Assembly: GCA_043827405.1 (NCBI GenBank)
Contig: JBDRPD010000003.1
Span: 64,001-128,000, forward strand
Source: Elusimicrobiota bacterium
GTDB lineage: Bacteria; Elusimicrobiota; Elusimicrobia; UBA1565
Length of the DNA stretch: 64,000 nt
Direction of reading: 5' to 3'
A program made the position numbers and the translations under genes. This document shows, in pieces, positions 44,450 to 54,665 of this stretch (positions are counted from its first letter, which is position 1; each line of letters opens with the position of its first letter). A model generated the notes under the pieces. That model had not been told where the DNA came from and searched no databases. It worked only from the letters and a program-made list of their open reading frames with translations.

Positions 44450-47400
44450 ATGCGGATAGCGAACAGGCTCTTGGCCGCGTTTATCGCTTGCTCTTTAGCG
44501 GCGCAGCCCGCGCTGGCTCAAGTCAAGGTTGTCGGCGTAAAGGCTGTTGCTCCGAATGTCTCCGCAGCCGCCGGTGCCGCAGGGGTTAAGGCGCTCGCAC
44601 CGCTGAGTTTTACCCCGACATCTCTGCAGCTGAACTCCGCGGTTCTGCCCAGCGTCGAAAATCTTCAGCTCCAGCCGTCAAGTCAGCTCAAGCAGCTCTC
44701 GCAGCCCGCTGCCGTCGTCGGGCCCTCCGCATCGGCGGTCAAAGAGACCGCGCCGGCCAAGACCGTTTTTCAGAAGAAGCTTAATGCCATCGGCAAAGCG
44801 GTCGAAGACGCCGGCCGCGGCGCGGAGAATAAATCCGCCGAAGGCGGCAAGCTCGCCGCGGACAAGCAGTTCCATGCTCTGGGTATCAGCGCCGGCGAAG
44901 AGGACTTCGCCCAGCTCTTCGAGGAGAGCCTCTCGGCTTGGGAAAAGGGCGCGCTCAAGCCCGCCGCCGGCGGCAGTACCGCCAAAGAGCTCCTGGCCGA
45001 AGATACGCCGCATTTTACCGGCGAGCAGCTGCAGCATATCCGGCAAGCCAGCCGCGCCATGGAAGCCGCGGTGACCAAGGCGGCCGCGCAGCTTTTGCCG
45101 GGAGCCGGTATCCGGGCGGTGTCGCGCGGTTCGAGCGCGCGCCTCACGCAGGACGACACGCGGGTGGACTACGACATCATGGCGGCGCTGCCCGCCGACT
45201 GGTCCGCCGACAAGGTTCACAGCTTTATGCAGGAGCGCCGCAAGGACTTGAGCGCCGCCTTGGAGAGCGCGATCCGCGAGGAGGCCGCGGCGCTGTTTCC
45301 CGGGCAGGATATCGAGGTGGAGGCCGGCTCTTATGTCCAGCTGTCCGATCCGGTGACGCATTCTCCCGATAAGGGCGTCTATATGCTGCCGGTTAAAGTG
45401 CTCAGCGCCGAGGGGAAGGTCCTGCTCGACGCCGACGTAACCTTTACCAATCTGGCGAAGTACACCAACGACTATCCCGGCTACTTCGCGGCGCAGCTGG
45501 AGCAGGTGGCGCAGCTGGGCGGCCAGGGGGCGGTCGATGAGGTGCTCGGTTCCATCCGCCTGGCCAAGCGGATGTTCAAGGAAGTCGTGGGCGCCTACAA
45601 GGTCTGGCGCGGCGGCCCCAGCGGCGTCGGCGTCGAGCAAATGATCATGCAGTCGGGCCGCGTCGAGAGCGCCGACAAGGGACAGACCGTGCTCGAGCCC
45701 GGCGACTTCGACAAGTTCATGGATCGCATCAACGATATCGCTTTCGACCAGGACGGCCGCTACCGCGGCCTCAAACAGGCGGCGCGATTGTGGAGCGTCT
45801 TCAACCCTTTCCGCGAGCCGGTCAATTTTCTGACCCACCTCAGCGACAAGGCCTGGCGGCGCCTGGCCGACGCGGCGCGCAATTACCGCATGGCCAAGGT
45901 CGCGGGCCGCCCCGTTTCCTTCAAAGAGCTGGGCTACCGCCGGCCGGATCCGCAGGCGGCGTTGGCCGCTTCCAAGCCGGCCGAATTGCCGGTGCGCGAG
46001 ACAACGACTTTAGCCTTCGGCTTCACGTCCGCGCAGGAGAAGATCAATATGCAGCGGGCGGTGCGCGAGGCGGTGCGCGCGCTGCCCGAATCCAAAGAGA
46101 AGATCGCGGCGGCGACGCTGACCGGCGGCCGGGCCAACAAGACCAATTCCTACCAGCTGTCGCTGGTGGTCGAGGGCGGCGCCGGCATGGAGATCACCCA
46201 GCTGCTGCGCGACCAGCTGAGCTTCAGCGACCGCTCAGTCGAATACGAGGGAGAGGCCGCGGTGCGGAAGAACCGCGATCTGCTCGTCTTCTTCCGCGCC
46301 CAGGGCAAGTCGTACCAGCCAAAAACTCTCGACCTGGTGCAGAAGGCCGCCAAGCGGCTGGCCCGGCACTTCAAGAGCAGGGGGAGCGTCACGGTCGGCC
46401 AGCGCCCCGGTCCGGGCGGGGAGTTTATGGCGGTGGTTAAGCTCGAGCCGAACGCCGAGGCGGCGGCGGTCGGCAAAGAGATTCAGGAGTTCTTCCGCAC
46501 GGCGGGCGGCGGCATGCGCCTGACCGGGGTTTCGTTGCCGGCCGGTGTTCCCACCTCCCAGGCCCGGGCTCCCAAGGAAGACGCCGGCGAGGAGAGCGCC
46601 GGCAAGGGGAGCGCCGGCAGAGAGAGCGCCGGCGGGGTCACGCTTGAGATGCTGGAAAAGTTTACCACCCACGGCCCCAAGCCTTCCCGGCGCGGCGACG
46701 CCTATCTTTACGCCCAGGGCGCCAAGGTCCTGCCGGCGGGTTTCGAAGCCGCCTGGGCGAACCGGCCGGAGGCCGGGTCCGGCGGCGGCGACACAATACA
46801 GCGCAGCCTGCTGCTGCGGCGGGGCGGCAAGACTTACGTCCTCGTGCCCACCATCCGGAGCGACGGCGAGCCGGGAATGAAGCCCGCCAATGTCTCTCCC
46901 GAATTGGCCGCGGGAATTATCACCGATACTCTGGTTGAGGCCGAGCTAAGGGACGGCCAAGTCGTTTCGGTTAAGCCGATCGGCTCTTATGCCATGGACA
47001 TGATGATCGGGCGGGCGAGAAAGAATAACGGCCGGTGGATGCTCGATGCCTTGCTGCGCGACGGCAAGAATCCCAAGACGCTTTACGGCCGCATGCCGCT
47101 GGCCGGCGCTGAGAACCTTAAGGAAGGCGAGATCGTGCAGGCCTTCATCAAGCCCGACGGCCGCGGCTACTCCGCCGAGGCCATGCTCGACCTCGGAGCG
47201 GAGCTCACTCCCGAGATCGTCGCCCGCGAGATCGCTCTGCGCCATGGCGCGCGCGGCTACTTCGAGAAAGCCGTGATCGAGCAGGCCGAGAAGGCGGGGG
47301 CGAGCGGGAAAGCGCCGCCCAAGTTCCGGGATTTGCGCGAGTTCGCTTTCGTCACCGTCGACCCCATCGGCGCCGGCGATCTAGACGACGCCTTCTATGT

Positions 47401-48748
47401 CGAGAAGCATGCCGACGGCGGCTATACCTGGTACCTGGCGACCGCCGACGTCGACCAGTTCGTGCCGCCGGGAACGCCGGCCTTCCGCACCGCCGCCCGC
47501 ATCGGCAATACCTTCTACTCCATCGACAAGGACGGGGTGCCGGAATATCCCATGAATCATCCCGTGGTCTCGAAGTATGCGGCCAGCCTGCTGGCCGGCA
47601 AGGACAGCCTGGCGATGATTACCCGCATGCGCTTCGGTCCGAACGGCGAGTTCCTCAAGGACGAGTCCGAAGTCTTCCTCGGCGAGGTGCGGGTGCAGGG
47701 ACGCTACACCTATGAGCAGGTCGTGGATTTATGGCAGGACCGCGCCGGTCACGGTATCGAGCATGTCGAGCAGATCACCCTGGCCCGCGAGCTGGCCTCC
47801 AAGCTCGACGCCAGCGACGCTCAGCGCGGCAAGCTGGCCTTGCGCTTCCAGCAGGTCGCGCACAGCCCGCAGGCGGACGGCACCTGGCGGAGCGCGGTCG
47901 TGGAGGAGGACCCGCACCTAACCGAGTCGCACAAGCTCATCGAGGAGCTCAAGGTCTACGGCAACCGCGCCATCGCCAAACTTCTTGAACGCATCACCGC
48001 GGAATACGGCGTCCCGCATATCAGCCGCGTCCATCCGCAGCAGGAGGAGGCGATCAACCGCAAGCTGCGCAAGAATATCCAGAAGCTTGGACTGCGCTGG
48101 GAGAAGGACGAAAACCTGTGGGACTTCCTGCGCGGCCTGCAGGAGCGCGCGGACCTGACCGACGAGGGGCGCGAGGTCGCGCAGATGCTTGCTTTGATGA
48201 CGCGGCGCACCGCGCAGTACGAGATCAAGGATGCTGACGGCCATGAGGGGCTGGCGCTGGAGGCCGGCATGTACGACCACCCCTCGACGCCCATCCGGCG
48301 CTTCGCCGATATGTATAACCGGGCGATTCTGGAAGCCTACCTTGAGGGCCGCGACCCGCGCGAGCACTACGCCGCGGTGCAGAAGGACCTGACCGATATG
48401 GGCTTTCGCGGGCTGGAAGAGTATATGCTCCACCTCAACGGCCGCGAGGCGGCGTCCAAGCTGATGGACCGCGAGGTCGACGAGTTTATGTCGATCTACG
48501 AGCTGGCCAAGCCCGAGCACCAGGGCAAAACCTACCGCGCCTATGTGAAGATCTTCCGCGACGGCCGCAACCCGCTGGCGGTGCTGCAGCTGCGCGACCT
48601 GCCGGTCAGCATCACGCTGAAAGGCGACGAGGTCGGCGACTGGAAGCTGCTCGACGAGCTGGAGCTGACCATCCACGGCGCCGATCCTGAGCGCGCCAAG
48701 GTCGACGCCTCGGTGCGCAAGCTCGGCCGCCTGCCGGCGCTTAAGTAG
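44450..48748 (+). CDS. Large signal-peptide protein with a Pol-beta-type nucleotidyltransferase domain and a C-terminal RNase II/R (RNB) domain
   Basis: Signal ending PALA-Q; RGSSARLT...VDYDIM; IRLAKRMF...GGPSGVGVEQMI; RNB motifs TVDPIGAGDLDDAF, SHKLIEE, HEGL...STPIRRFAD. Confidence 0.85.
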   Translation: MRIANRLLAAFIACSLAAQPALAQVKVVGVKAVAPNVSAAAGAAGVKALAPLSFTPTSLQLNSAVLPSVENLQLQPSSQLKQLSQPAAVVGPSASAVKETAPAKTVFQKKLNAIGKAVEDAGRGAENKSAEGGKLAADKQFHALGISAGEEDFAQLFEESLSAWEKGALKPAAGGSTAKELLAEDTPHFTGEQLQHIRQASRAMEAAVTKAAAQLLPGAGIRAVSRGSSARLTQDDTRVDYDIMAALPADWSADKVHSFMQERRKDLSAALESAIREEAAALFPGQDIEVEAGSYVQLSDPVTHSPDKGVYMLPVKVLSAEGKVLLDADVTFTNLAKYTNDYPGYFAAQLEQVAQLGGQGAVDEVLGSIRLAKRMFKEVVGAYKVWRGGPSGVGVEQMIMQSGRVESADKGQTVLEPGDFDKFMDRINDIAFDQDGRYRGLKQAARLWSVFNPFREPVNFLTHLSDKAWRRLADAARNYRMAKVAGRPVSFKELGYRRPDPQAALAASKPAELPVRETTTLAFGFTSAQEKINMQRAVREAVRALPESKEKIAAATLTGGRANKTNSYQLSLVVEGGAGMEITQLLRDQLSFSDRSVEYEGEAAVRKNRDLLVFFRAQGKSYQPKTLDLVQKAAKRLARHFKSRGSVTVGQRPGPGGEFMAVVKLEPNAEAAAVGKEIQEFFRTAGGGMRLTGVSLPAGVPTSQARAPKEDAGEESAGKGSAGRESAGGVTLEMLEKFTTHGPKPSRRGDAYLYAQGAKVLPAGFEAAWANRPEAGSGGGDTIQRSLLLRRGGKTYVLVPTIRSDGEPGMKPANVSPELAAGIITDTLVEAELRDGQVVSVKPIGSYAMDMMIGRARKNNGRWMLDALLRDGKNPKTLYGRMPLAGAENLKEGEIVQAFIKPDGRGYSAEAMLDLGAELTPEIVAREIALRHGARGYFEKAVIEQAEKAGASGKAPPKFRDLREFAFVTVDPIGAGDLDDAFYVEKHADGGYTWYLATADVDQFVPPGTPAFRTAARIGNTFYSIDKDGVPEYPMNHPVVSKYAASLLAGKDSLAMITRMRFGPNGEFLKDESEVFLGEVRVQGRYTYEQVVDLWQDRAGHGIEHVEQITLARELASKLDASDAQRGKLALRFQQVAHSPQADGTWRSAVVEEDPHLTESHKLIEELKVYGNRAIAKLLERITAEYGVPHISRVHPQQEEAINRKLRKNIQKLGLRWEKDENLWDFLRGLQERADLTDEGREVAQMLALMTRRTAQYEIKDADGHEGLALEAGMYDHPSTPIRRFADMYNRAILEAYLEGRDPREHYAAVQKDLTDMGFRGLEEYMLHLNGREAASKLMDREVDEFMSIYELAKPEHQGKTYRAYVKIFRDGRNPLAVLQLRDLPVSITLKGDEVGDWKLLDELELTIHGADPERAKVDASVRKLGRLPALK

Positions 48749-49011
48749 CGGGTTCCTATCTGTCCCAATTCATGCTGGGCCCAATTACCTCGCCGCTCTA
48801 GTCTGTTCGGCTCTAGGACGCTGCGGAGGCCCGGTGCTGCCATGATCGTACGCTATGAATAACATTATCGTCGTTATCGCGATGGCCGGCTCCTTGAATA
48901 TCTGAGCCGGGAGCCCGACGTCTTCGCCGTGCGCGCGGCATATTAACCGCGGGCCAAAGTTTGTACAATCCTCGCACGCATCCGCCGTATTTCCCTGTTT
49001 GAGGAGAAGAT

Positions 49012-49818
49012 ATGAAAACGATCCTGTCCCCTATTGCCGTTCTGCTGGCCGCCGCTCTATGCATCCCCGCGGGGGCCGCCGAGAAACTCACCGCACGCCA
49101 GATCATGCAGAAGCAGAAGGATCTGCATAAGACGACGAGCGAGATCGAGTTCCAGAAGATGATGCTCATCGACCGCAAGGGGGACAAGGAGCTGCGCGAA
49201 CTGCGCCGCTACAACCTCGAGACCGGCAAGGACCTCTATAAATATCTCCTCGTCTTCCTCTCGCCCAAGGATATCCGGGGGACCTCGCTTTTGACCTGGC
49301 AGAAGGAGGGCGGCGAGGACGACCAGTGGATCTACATGCCGGCCTTGGGGCGCAAGCTCAAGCGCATGGCCAAGGGCAGCAAGAAGGGCTACTTCATGGG
49401 CACCGACTTCACCTACGCCGACCTGTCGCCGGAGCCGCTTGACGACAATACCTACAAGCTTATCGGCGAAGAGAAGCTCGAGGGCCAGGAGGTCTGGATC
49501 ATCGAGTCAACGCCCGTCCCGGCGAAGCTGCAGGCAAGCGCCTATTCCAAAAAAGTGCTGCGCGTGCGCAAGGACATCTTCTTTACCGTCCAGATCGAGT
49601 TCTACAACCCGCGCGGCAAGCATATCAAGACCCAGACCATGTCCGGCATCAAGCAGATCCAGGGCACGATCCACCGCGCCGACAAGGCCCTGATGGACCA
49701 TCTCCAGCGCGAGCACAAGACGGTCATGATGGTCACCGAGCGCGAGCTCAACGCCAAGGTCGATCCGGAGATCTTCAGCGAGCGCTCGGTGCTCAAGGAA
49801 GAGACGCTCGGAAACTAG
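49012..49818 (+). CDS. Outer-membrane lipoprotein-sorting (LolA-like) protein
   Basis: FLSPKDIRGTSLL...DDQWIYMPAL...FMGTDFTYADL signature; signal peptide. Confidence 0.88.
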   Translation: MKTILSPIAVLLAAALCIPAGAAEKLTARQIMQKQKDLHKTTSEIEFQKMMLIDRKGDKELRELRRYNLETGKDLYKYLLVFLSPKDIRGTSLLTWQKEGGEDDQWIYMPALGRKLKRMAKGSKKGYFMGTDFTYADLSPEPLDDNTYKLIGEEKLEGQEVWIIESTPVPAKLQASAYSKKVLRVRKDIFFTVQIEFYNPRGKHIKTQTMSGIKQIQGTIHRADKALMDHLQREHKTVMMVTERELNAKVDPEIFSERSVLKEETLGN

Positions 49819-49856
49819 TCCAGGGCGACCGTCGAGCCGGTTAAAGGAGCGCGAGC

Positions 49857-52586
49857 ATGAAGAAAATCATCAGCTTTGTTATGCGGCAGCCGAAGTCCGT
49901 CTTTATCGGCCTGCTCGCCGTCTCCTTGGCCGCGGCTACCCAGCTGCCCAAGCTGACGATCAACGTCGGCGCCGACGGACTGATGGTGTCGGACGACCCG
50001 AACCGGGCCTTCTATGAGGAGACCCAGAGCAATTTCGGCTCCGACAATATCACGGTGATCTTCGTTGAGGACAAGGACCTCTTCACCCCCGAGAAGCTCG
50101 CGGCCGTGCAGTCGGTCGCCGGCGCGCTCGAGGACGTCGAGGGCGTCATCAAGGTCGACAGCCTGTTCACGCTCAAGAACTTCAAGCATTCGGAGGGCGG
50201 GCTGGAATCGACGCCGTTCTTCGAGGAGGTGCCCGATTCCGAGGAGGCGATCGAGGAGTTGCGGCTCGACGCCCTGCGCAACCCGCTGATCGCCCGCAAT
50301 GTCATCTCGGCCGACGGCACCGCGATGGCGATCAACGTCTATGTCCGCAACGACGCGGGAGTGAAGGACTTCGACGCCAAGCTCTCCGGCGACATCGAGC
50401 AGGCGATCGCGCCGCTCCGGGAGCAGGTGGGCAAGGTGTTTCAGATGGGCATGCCGTTCACCCGCGACGAGCTCAGCGGGGCCATCATCAACGACCAGAA
50501 GCTGATCACGCCGCTGGCGGTCGGCGCCTTGATCGTCGCCTTGGCCCTGGGGCTGGGGACGTTCAACGGAGCCATCGTGCCGATGCTGACCGCGGGCCTG
50601 AGCATCCTGTGGACGCTGGGCTTTATGGGGCTGGTGGGCCTGCCGATCAACATGCTGACCGGGATCGTGCCGGCGCTGATCATCGTCATCGGCTCGACCG
50701 AGGATATCCACCTGCTCAGCGAATACGCGGAAGGCGTCGCCGAGGGGCTCGACCGGCCCAACGCCATCATGTACATGGCCGGCAAGCTCGGCCTGGCCAT
50801 CTTCCTGACCTTCATCACCACCTATCTCGGCTTCTTCTCGGTCGCGCTCAATAAAATCCTGATCCTCAAGCAGTTCGGCGCCGTGGCTTCCAGCGGCCTG
50901 CTGTTCAACTTCATGATCACTATCACCGTGGTCCCGCTCTACCTGGGGGTCTTTGGCAAGAGCGGCACCGAAAAGAAGGAGGTCGAGAAGGAAGGCGAAA
51001 AGAAGGAGGAGGGCGGATCGGTCTTCGCCAAGAGCGCCGACATCCTGCTCGAGATTATCCGCCGCAACCGGACCGGGGTGCTGGTCGGGGCCGCCGTGAT
51101 CAGCGTGGTGATCGGCGCCGGGGCCTTCAAGGTGAGGGTCAATAACAACTCGCTCGGATACTTCAAGGAAGACTCCCAGGTGCGGGTGCGCGCCAATACG
51201 CTCGCGGAACGCCTCACCGGCATGCAGTCGTTCTATGTCGTCCTCAAGACCGAGAACGGGGAGGCCTTCAAGGATCCGCAGCTCCTGGCGGAGATCAAGA
51301 AGGTGCAGGACTTCATCAAGCAGATGAAGCTCTTCGACGCCAGCTTCTCTTTGGTCGACCTGCTGTCCTTGATCAACCGCGAGATGAACAGCGGCGGGGA
51401 AGAGCACTCCCGCATTCCGGCCTCGACCGAGCTGATCAACCAGTATCTCGCGGTCTTCTTGAGCAGCGACGATACGGGGCAGTACGTGACTGCGGACTAC
51501 TCCACGGCCAATATCCTGGTGCGCCACCATCTGTCCGCCTCCTACGATCTGACCGCGGCGCTCAAGCGGCTCAAGGAGTTCACCGACACGCTGGACAAGC
51601 GGATCGAGGTCCGCGTTACCGGCGAGGAGATTCTCACCAACACCGCCGCCGACTCGATGGCCTCCGGCCAGGCCAAATCCCTGTCGAGCCTGATTCTGAT
51701 CATCTTTGTGATGATCTCGATCGTGTTTCTCAACGCCAAGGCGGGACTGCTGTCGCTGATCCCGAACGTGATCCCCATCTGTGTCCTGTTCGGCCTGATG
51801 GGCTATCTCAATATCCCGCTGGACGTCGGGACGGCCATGATCGCGGTCATCGCCATCGGCATCGCCATGGACGACACCGTGCACTTCATGGTGCGCTACA
51901 ACAAGGAAGTGCGGGCGACGGCCGACGAGAAGACCGCCCTGGAGAATACCGTGCGGGCCGAGGTCACGCCGGTGATCTCGACCTCGATCGCGCTGGCACT
52001 GGGCTTCGGCGTCCTCATGGCCTCGAGCTTTGTGCCGATCATATACTTCGGGGCGCTGACGGCGCTGATGATGGTGGTCGCCCTGCTCTCGGATCTGCTG
52101 GTCACGCCGATGCTGCTGACCACGGTGCGCTTCGTCACGCTGTGGGACATGGTGGCCTGCCAGGTCGGCAAGAAGGTCATCAGCAAGTGCCCGTTGTTCA
52201 AGGACATGCGCACCTGGCAGATCAAGCAGATCATCCTGATGTCCAAGGTCCGCGAGGTCCCGAGCGGCGAGACCTTCATCAAGCAGGGCGCCATGGGCCA
52301 TGAGATGTTCGTCGTCCTCGAGGGGCACGCCAAGGCCGAGAAGGTCGCCGCGGACGGCAAGCGCCGCCTGCTGGGCGCCGTCGGCGAAGGCGACGTTATC
52401 GGCGAGATCGCCTTGGTCTCCAAGGAGGAGCGCATGGCCGATGTCGTCGCCGAGTCGGATATGCGGCTGCTGGTGCTCGAGTGGAAGGCGCTCGAGCAGT
52501 TGGGCCGCTACCTGCCGATGATCTCGACGCGGCTGTTCCTCAATATCTCGCGCATCATCGGCAAGCGCTTGGCGGCGGCGAAATGA
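49857..52586 (+). CDS. MMPL/RND-family exporter with a C-terminal cNMP-binding domain
   Basis: Two TM halves (IGSTEDIHLL, GIAMDDTVHF); tail FIKQGAMGHEMFVVLEG...GEIAL...RMADVVA. Confidence 0.9.
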   Translation: MKKIISFVMRQPKSVFIGLLAVSLAAATQLPKLTINVGADGLMVSDDPNRAFYEETQSNFGSDNITVIFVEDKDLFTPEKLAAVQSVAGALEDVEGVIKVDSLFTLKNFKHSEGGLESTPFFEEVPDSEEAIEELRLDALRNPLIARNVISADGTAMAINVYVRNDAGVKDFDAKLSGDIEQAIAPLREQVGKVFQMGMPFTRDELSGAIINDQKLITPLAVGALIVALALGLGTFNGAIVPMLTAGLSILWTLGFMGLVGLPINMLTGIVPALIIVIGSTEDIHLLSEYAEGVAEGLDRPNAIMYMAGKLGLAIFLTFITTYLGFFSVALNKILILKQFGAVASSGLLFNFMITITVVPLYLGVFGKSGTEKKEVEKEGEKKEEGGSVFAKSADILLEIIRRNRTGVLVGAAVISVVIGAGAFKVRVNNNSLGYFKEDSQVRVRANTLAERLTGMQSFYVVLKTENGEAFKDPQLLAEIKKVQDFIKQMKLFDASFSLVDLLSLINREMNSGGEEHSRIPASTELINQYLAVFLSSDDTGQYVTADYSTANILVRHHLSASYDLTAALKRLKEFTDTLDKRIEVRVTGEEILTNTAADSMASGQAKSLSSLILIIFVMISIVFLNAKAGLLSLIPNVIPICVLFGLMGYLNIPLDVGTAMIAVIAIGIAMDDTVHFMVRYNKEVRATADEKTALENTVRAEVTPVISTSIALALGFGVLMASSFVPIIYFGALTALMMVVALLSDLLVTPMLLTTVRFVTLWDMVACQVGKKVISKCPLFKDMRTWQIKQIILMSKVREVPSGETFIKQGAMGHEMFVVLEGHAKAEKVAADGKRRLLGAVGEGDVIGEIALVSKEERMADVVAESDMRLLVLEWKALEQLGRYLPMISTRLFLNISRIIGKRLAAAK

Positions 52587-54016
52587 CGGCGGCGCGGCTG
52601 CTTCTGGCAGCGGCACTCCTGGCGGCTGCGGCGCCCGGCGCCCGGGCGCAGGACGACGTCGACGACATCTTTGCCGAAATGGCGGCCGGCACGCAGCAGC
52701 AGGCCGAGAAGCCCGCCGGCGGCCTGTGGGCCAGGATGCGCAAAGGCTTCGAAGCCACGGCCCGGCTGCGCACGCAGAGCTTCCTCTACGACAACCGGGG
52801 CGACGACCGCGATTCCACCCACAACTTCTTCGAGACCGGGGTCGATTGGAAGTACAAGTTCAGCGGCGCCGGCAACATCTTTTTCACCCAGGGCTGGATC
52901 GCGGGCGGCAACGCCCCCGACACCTACGGCCAGATCGTCAACTCGCCGCGGGACCTCAAGCGGACGCGCAACATCATCGAGCTCGCGGAGCTTTACTACA
53001 CGCGCGAGCTTCCGGGGGTCGACGTCACGGTGGGCAAGCGAATCGTGGAGATGGGCCTCGGCAACCTCTACTCGCCCTCCGACCGGCTGACGCCGCAGGA
53101 CCTCAACGACCCGACCGACGGCAAGAAGCTGGGGCTGTGGCAGGCCGGCGCCGACGCCTGGATCAAAGGCGTTCTGCTGGGCGTGAAGGTGCTGCCGATG
53201 TTCCAGCCCAGCAAGTTTCCCAGCCGGCAGACCCGCTGGGCCGGTCCCGAAAGCGGCGGCTCCGGCGGCGCCGTGGACTTCAACTACTTTTCGAACTCCG
53301 GGGTGACGATCGAGGACCGCTACCCGCGCGCCGTCACCTGGCGCAATACCGGCGTCAGCGGCAAGACCAAGACCACGTTTCGCGGCTGGGATGTCTTCGC
53401 GGCCGGCTACTATGGGCCCTCGCCGCACAGCGTGCTTACGCGCCGCTCGTATACCGCGCTTGAGCTGCTGCTTGACCCGGCTCTCGCCAGCCGCTACCGC
53501 AAGGTTAACGAGCCGGTGGTCCATATCAGCGGCGGCTTCGCGACCACCTACAAGAAGCTCGAGGTCCACGGCGAGACGCTGTCGCAGACCAGCCCCGAGA
53601 GATACGACGACGACTTCGTCAATACCGTCTTCGGCTTCTCCTTTCCGTTCGACGAGTTCGGCGAGGACTTCCCGTTGGAGAAGATCACCGTCCACGGCGA
53701 TTTCGCGTGGGAGAACCTGACGGCGCCGGCCGGGCACCCGGAGTCGATCCAGAGCTCGCGCGCCGGGCGGGCGGCGCAGGAGACCTGGATGGGCTTGCTC
53801 GAGTTCCAGTTTTCGGACGACCTGAAGCTTGGAACCGGCGTCACCTATGAGAACAACGACGCCGGCCATACCGAAATCTTCGGCGGCGAGTACCGTATCA
53901 TGTCGGGGCTGGTGTTCAAGGCGGCGCTCGAGCTGTTCAACGGGCCGTCCTCCAGCAACCTCGGCCGCTGGGACGCCGCCGACCGCATCACCACGACGCT
54001 GGAATATTCCTTCTAG
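52583..54016 (+). CDS. Outer-membrane beta-barrel partner of the MMPL module (DUF1302-like)
   Basis: ATG 52583 overlaps the MMPL stop; signal peptide; ELY...VGKRIVEMG...SPSDRLTPQD; C-terminal LEYSF. Confidence 0.75.
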   Translation: MTAARLLLAAALLAAAAPGARAQDDVDDIFAEMAAGTQQQAEKPAGGLWARMRKGFEATARLRTQSFLYDNRGDDRDSTHNFFETGVDWKYKFSGAGNIFFTQGWIAGGNAPDTYGQIVNSPRDLKRTRNIIELAELYYTRELPGVDVTVGKRIVEMGLGNLYSPSDRLTPQDLNDPTDGKKLGLWQAGADAWIKGVLLGVKVLPMFQPSKFPSRQTRWAGPESGGSGGAVDFNYFSNSGVTIEDRYPRAVTWRNTGVSGKTKTTFRGWDVFAAGYYGPSPHSVLTRRSYTALELLLDPALASRYRKVNEPVVHISGGFATTYKKLEVHGETLSQTSPERYDDDFVNTVFGFSFPFDEFGEDFPLEKITVHGDFAWENLTAPAGHPESIQSSRAGRAAQETWMGLLEFQFSDDLKLGTGVTYENNDAGHTEIFGGEYRIMSGLVFKAALELFNGPSSSNLGRWDAADRITTTLEYSF

Positions 54017-54080
54017 GACGCGCCGCCGCCCGCGCGATTTTGCCATGAAGCCCGCCGCCGCGAAACCCAGGAGCGTTTCC

Positions 54081-54572
54081 ATGCTGATTCCGACAATTAT
54101 TTTCTTTATCCTTGCGGTCGTGCTGCTCTATTACGGGCATGCCCGCGGCCAAGGCGAGCATATCGTCGGACTCAAGGCCGCGGCGCAGCTGCTGTGGCAG
54201 ATTATCCCGCTGCTGCTATGCGCCTTCATCGTCGCCGGCATGGTGCAGACCATGCTGCCGCACGACAAGGTCGCGCACTGGGTCGGGCAGGACTCCGGGC
54301 TGCGCGGCATCATGATCGGCGCCTGCGCCGGTGCGCTGACGCCGGGCGGACCCTTCGTCAGCATGCCGCTGGCCGCCGGCTTCTATCATTCGGGGGCCAG
54401 CGCGGGAACGGTCGTCGCCTATTTGACCGGGTGGTCGGTATGGGGGCTGACGCGCATCCCGCTCGAGGTCGCCATCCTGGGCTGGCGCCTGGCCTTGATC
54501 CGCATGGCGAGCTGCCTGCTGCTGCCGCCGCTGGCCGGCGGCATCGCCTACGTGCTGTTCCGGCGCTTTTAG
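54081..54572 (+). CDS. Predicted permease (DUF318/ArsP-like half-size protein)
   Basis: AGGAG RBS before ATG 54081; GALTPGGPFVSMPLA...E..ILGWRLALIR. Confidence 0.78.
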   Translation: MLIPTIIFFILAVVLLYYGHARGQGEHIVGLKAAAQLLWQIIPLLLCAFIVAGMVQTMLPHDKVAHWVGQDSGLRGIMIGACAGALTPGGPFVSMPLAAGFYHSGASAGTVVAYLTGWSVWGLTRIPLEVAILGWRLALIRMASCLLLPPLAGGIAYVLFRRF

Positions 54573-54665
54573 GGGTGTGCGGACGGCGCCGCGGCCGCCT
54601 AAAATCGGCGCCGATCGGCCGCGGCGGATTTGCCCGATAAGCTCTATCGTTGATATGCTCAGGGT

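Noticed and set aside
46584..46632. Short tandem repeat (GAGAGCGCCGGC-like x3, ESAGKGSAGRESAG)
   Set aside because: Low-complexity linker within the large protein; no sign of a separate element.
44450..48748. NTase domain as part of a CBASS or toxin-antitoxin defence system
   Set aside because: No adjacent Cap effector, Cap2/3 or HEPN gene, and the protein has an export signal; kept only as an unusual fusion.
48749..49011. Possible ncRNA or riboswitch in a 260-bp intergenic region
   Set aside because: No recognisable tRNA, riboswitch or strong structure by eye; an Infernal/Rfam scan would be needed.
49815..52616. 933-aa minus-strand ORF, and similar long antisense ORFs (58656-60956, 55822-57477, 37212-38954, 12188-13702)
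   Set aside because: They mirror well-supported genes on the other strand; long stop-free antisense frames are expected in high-GC DNA.
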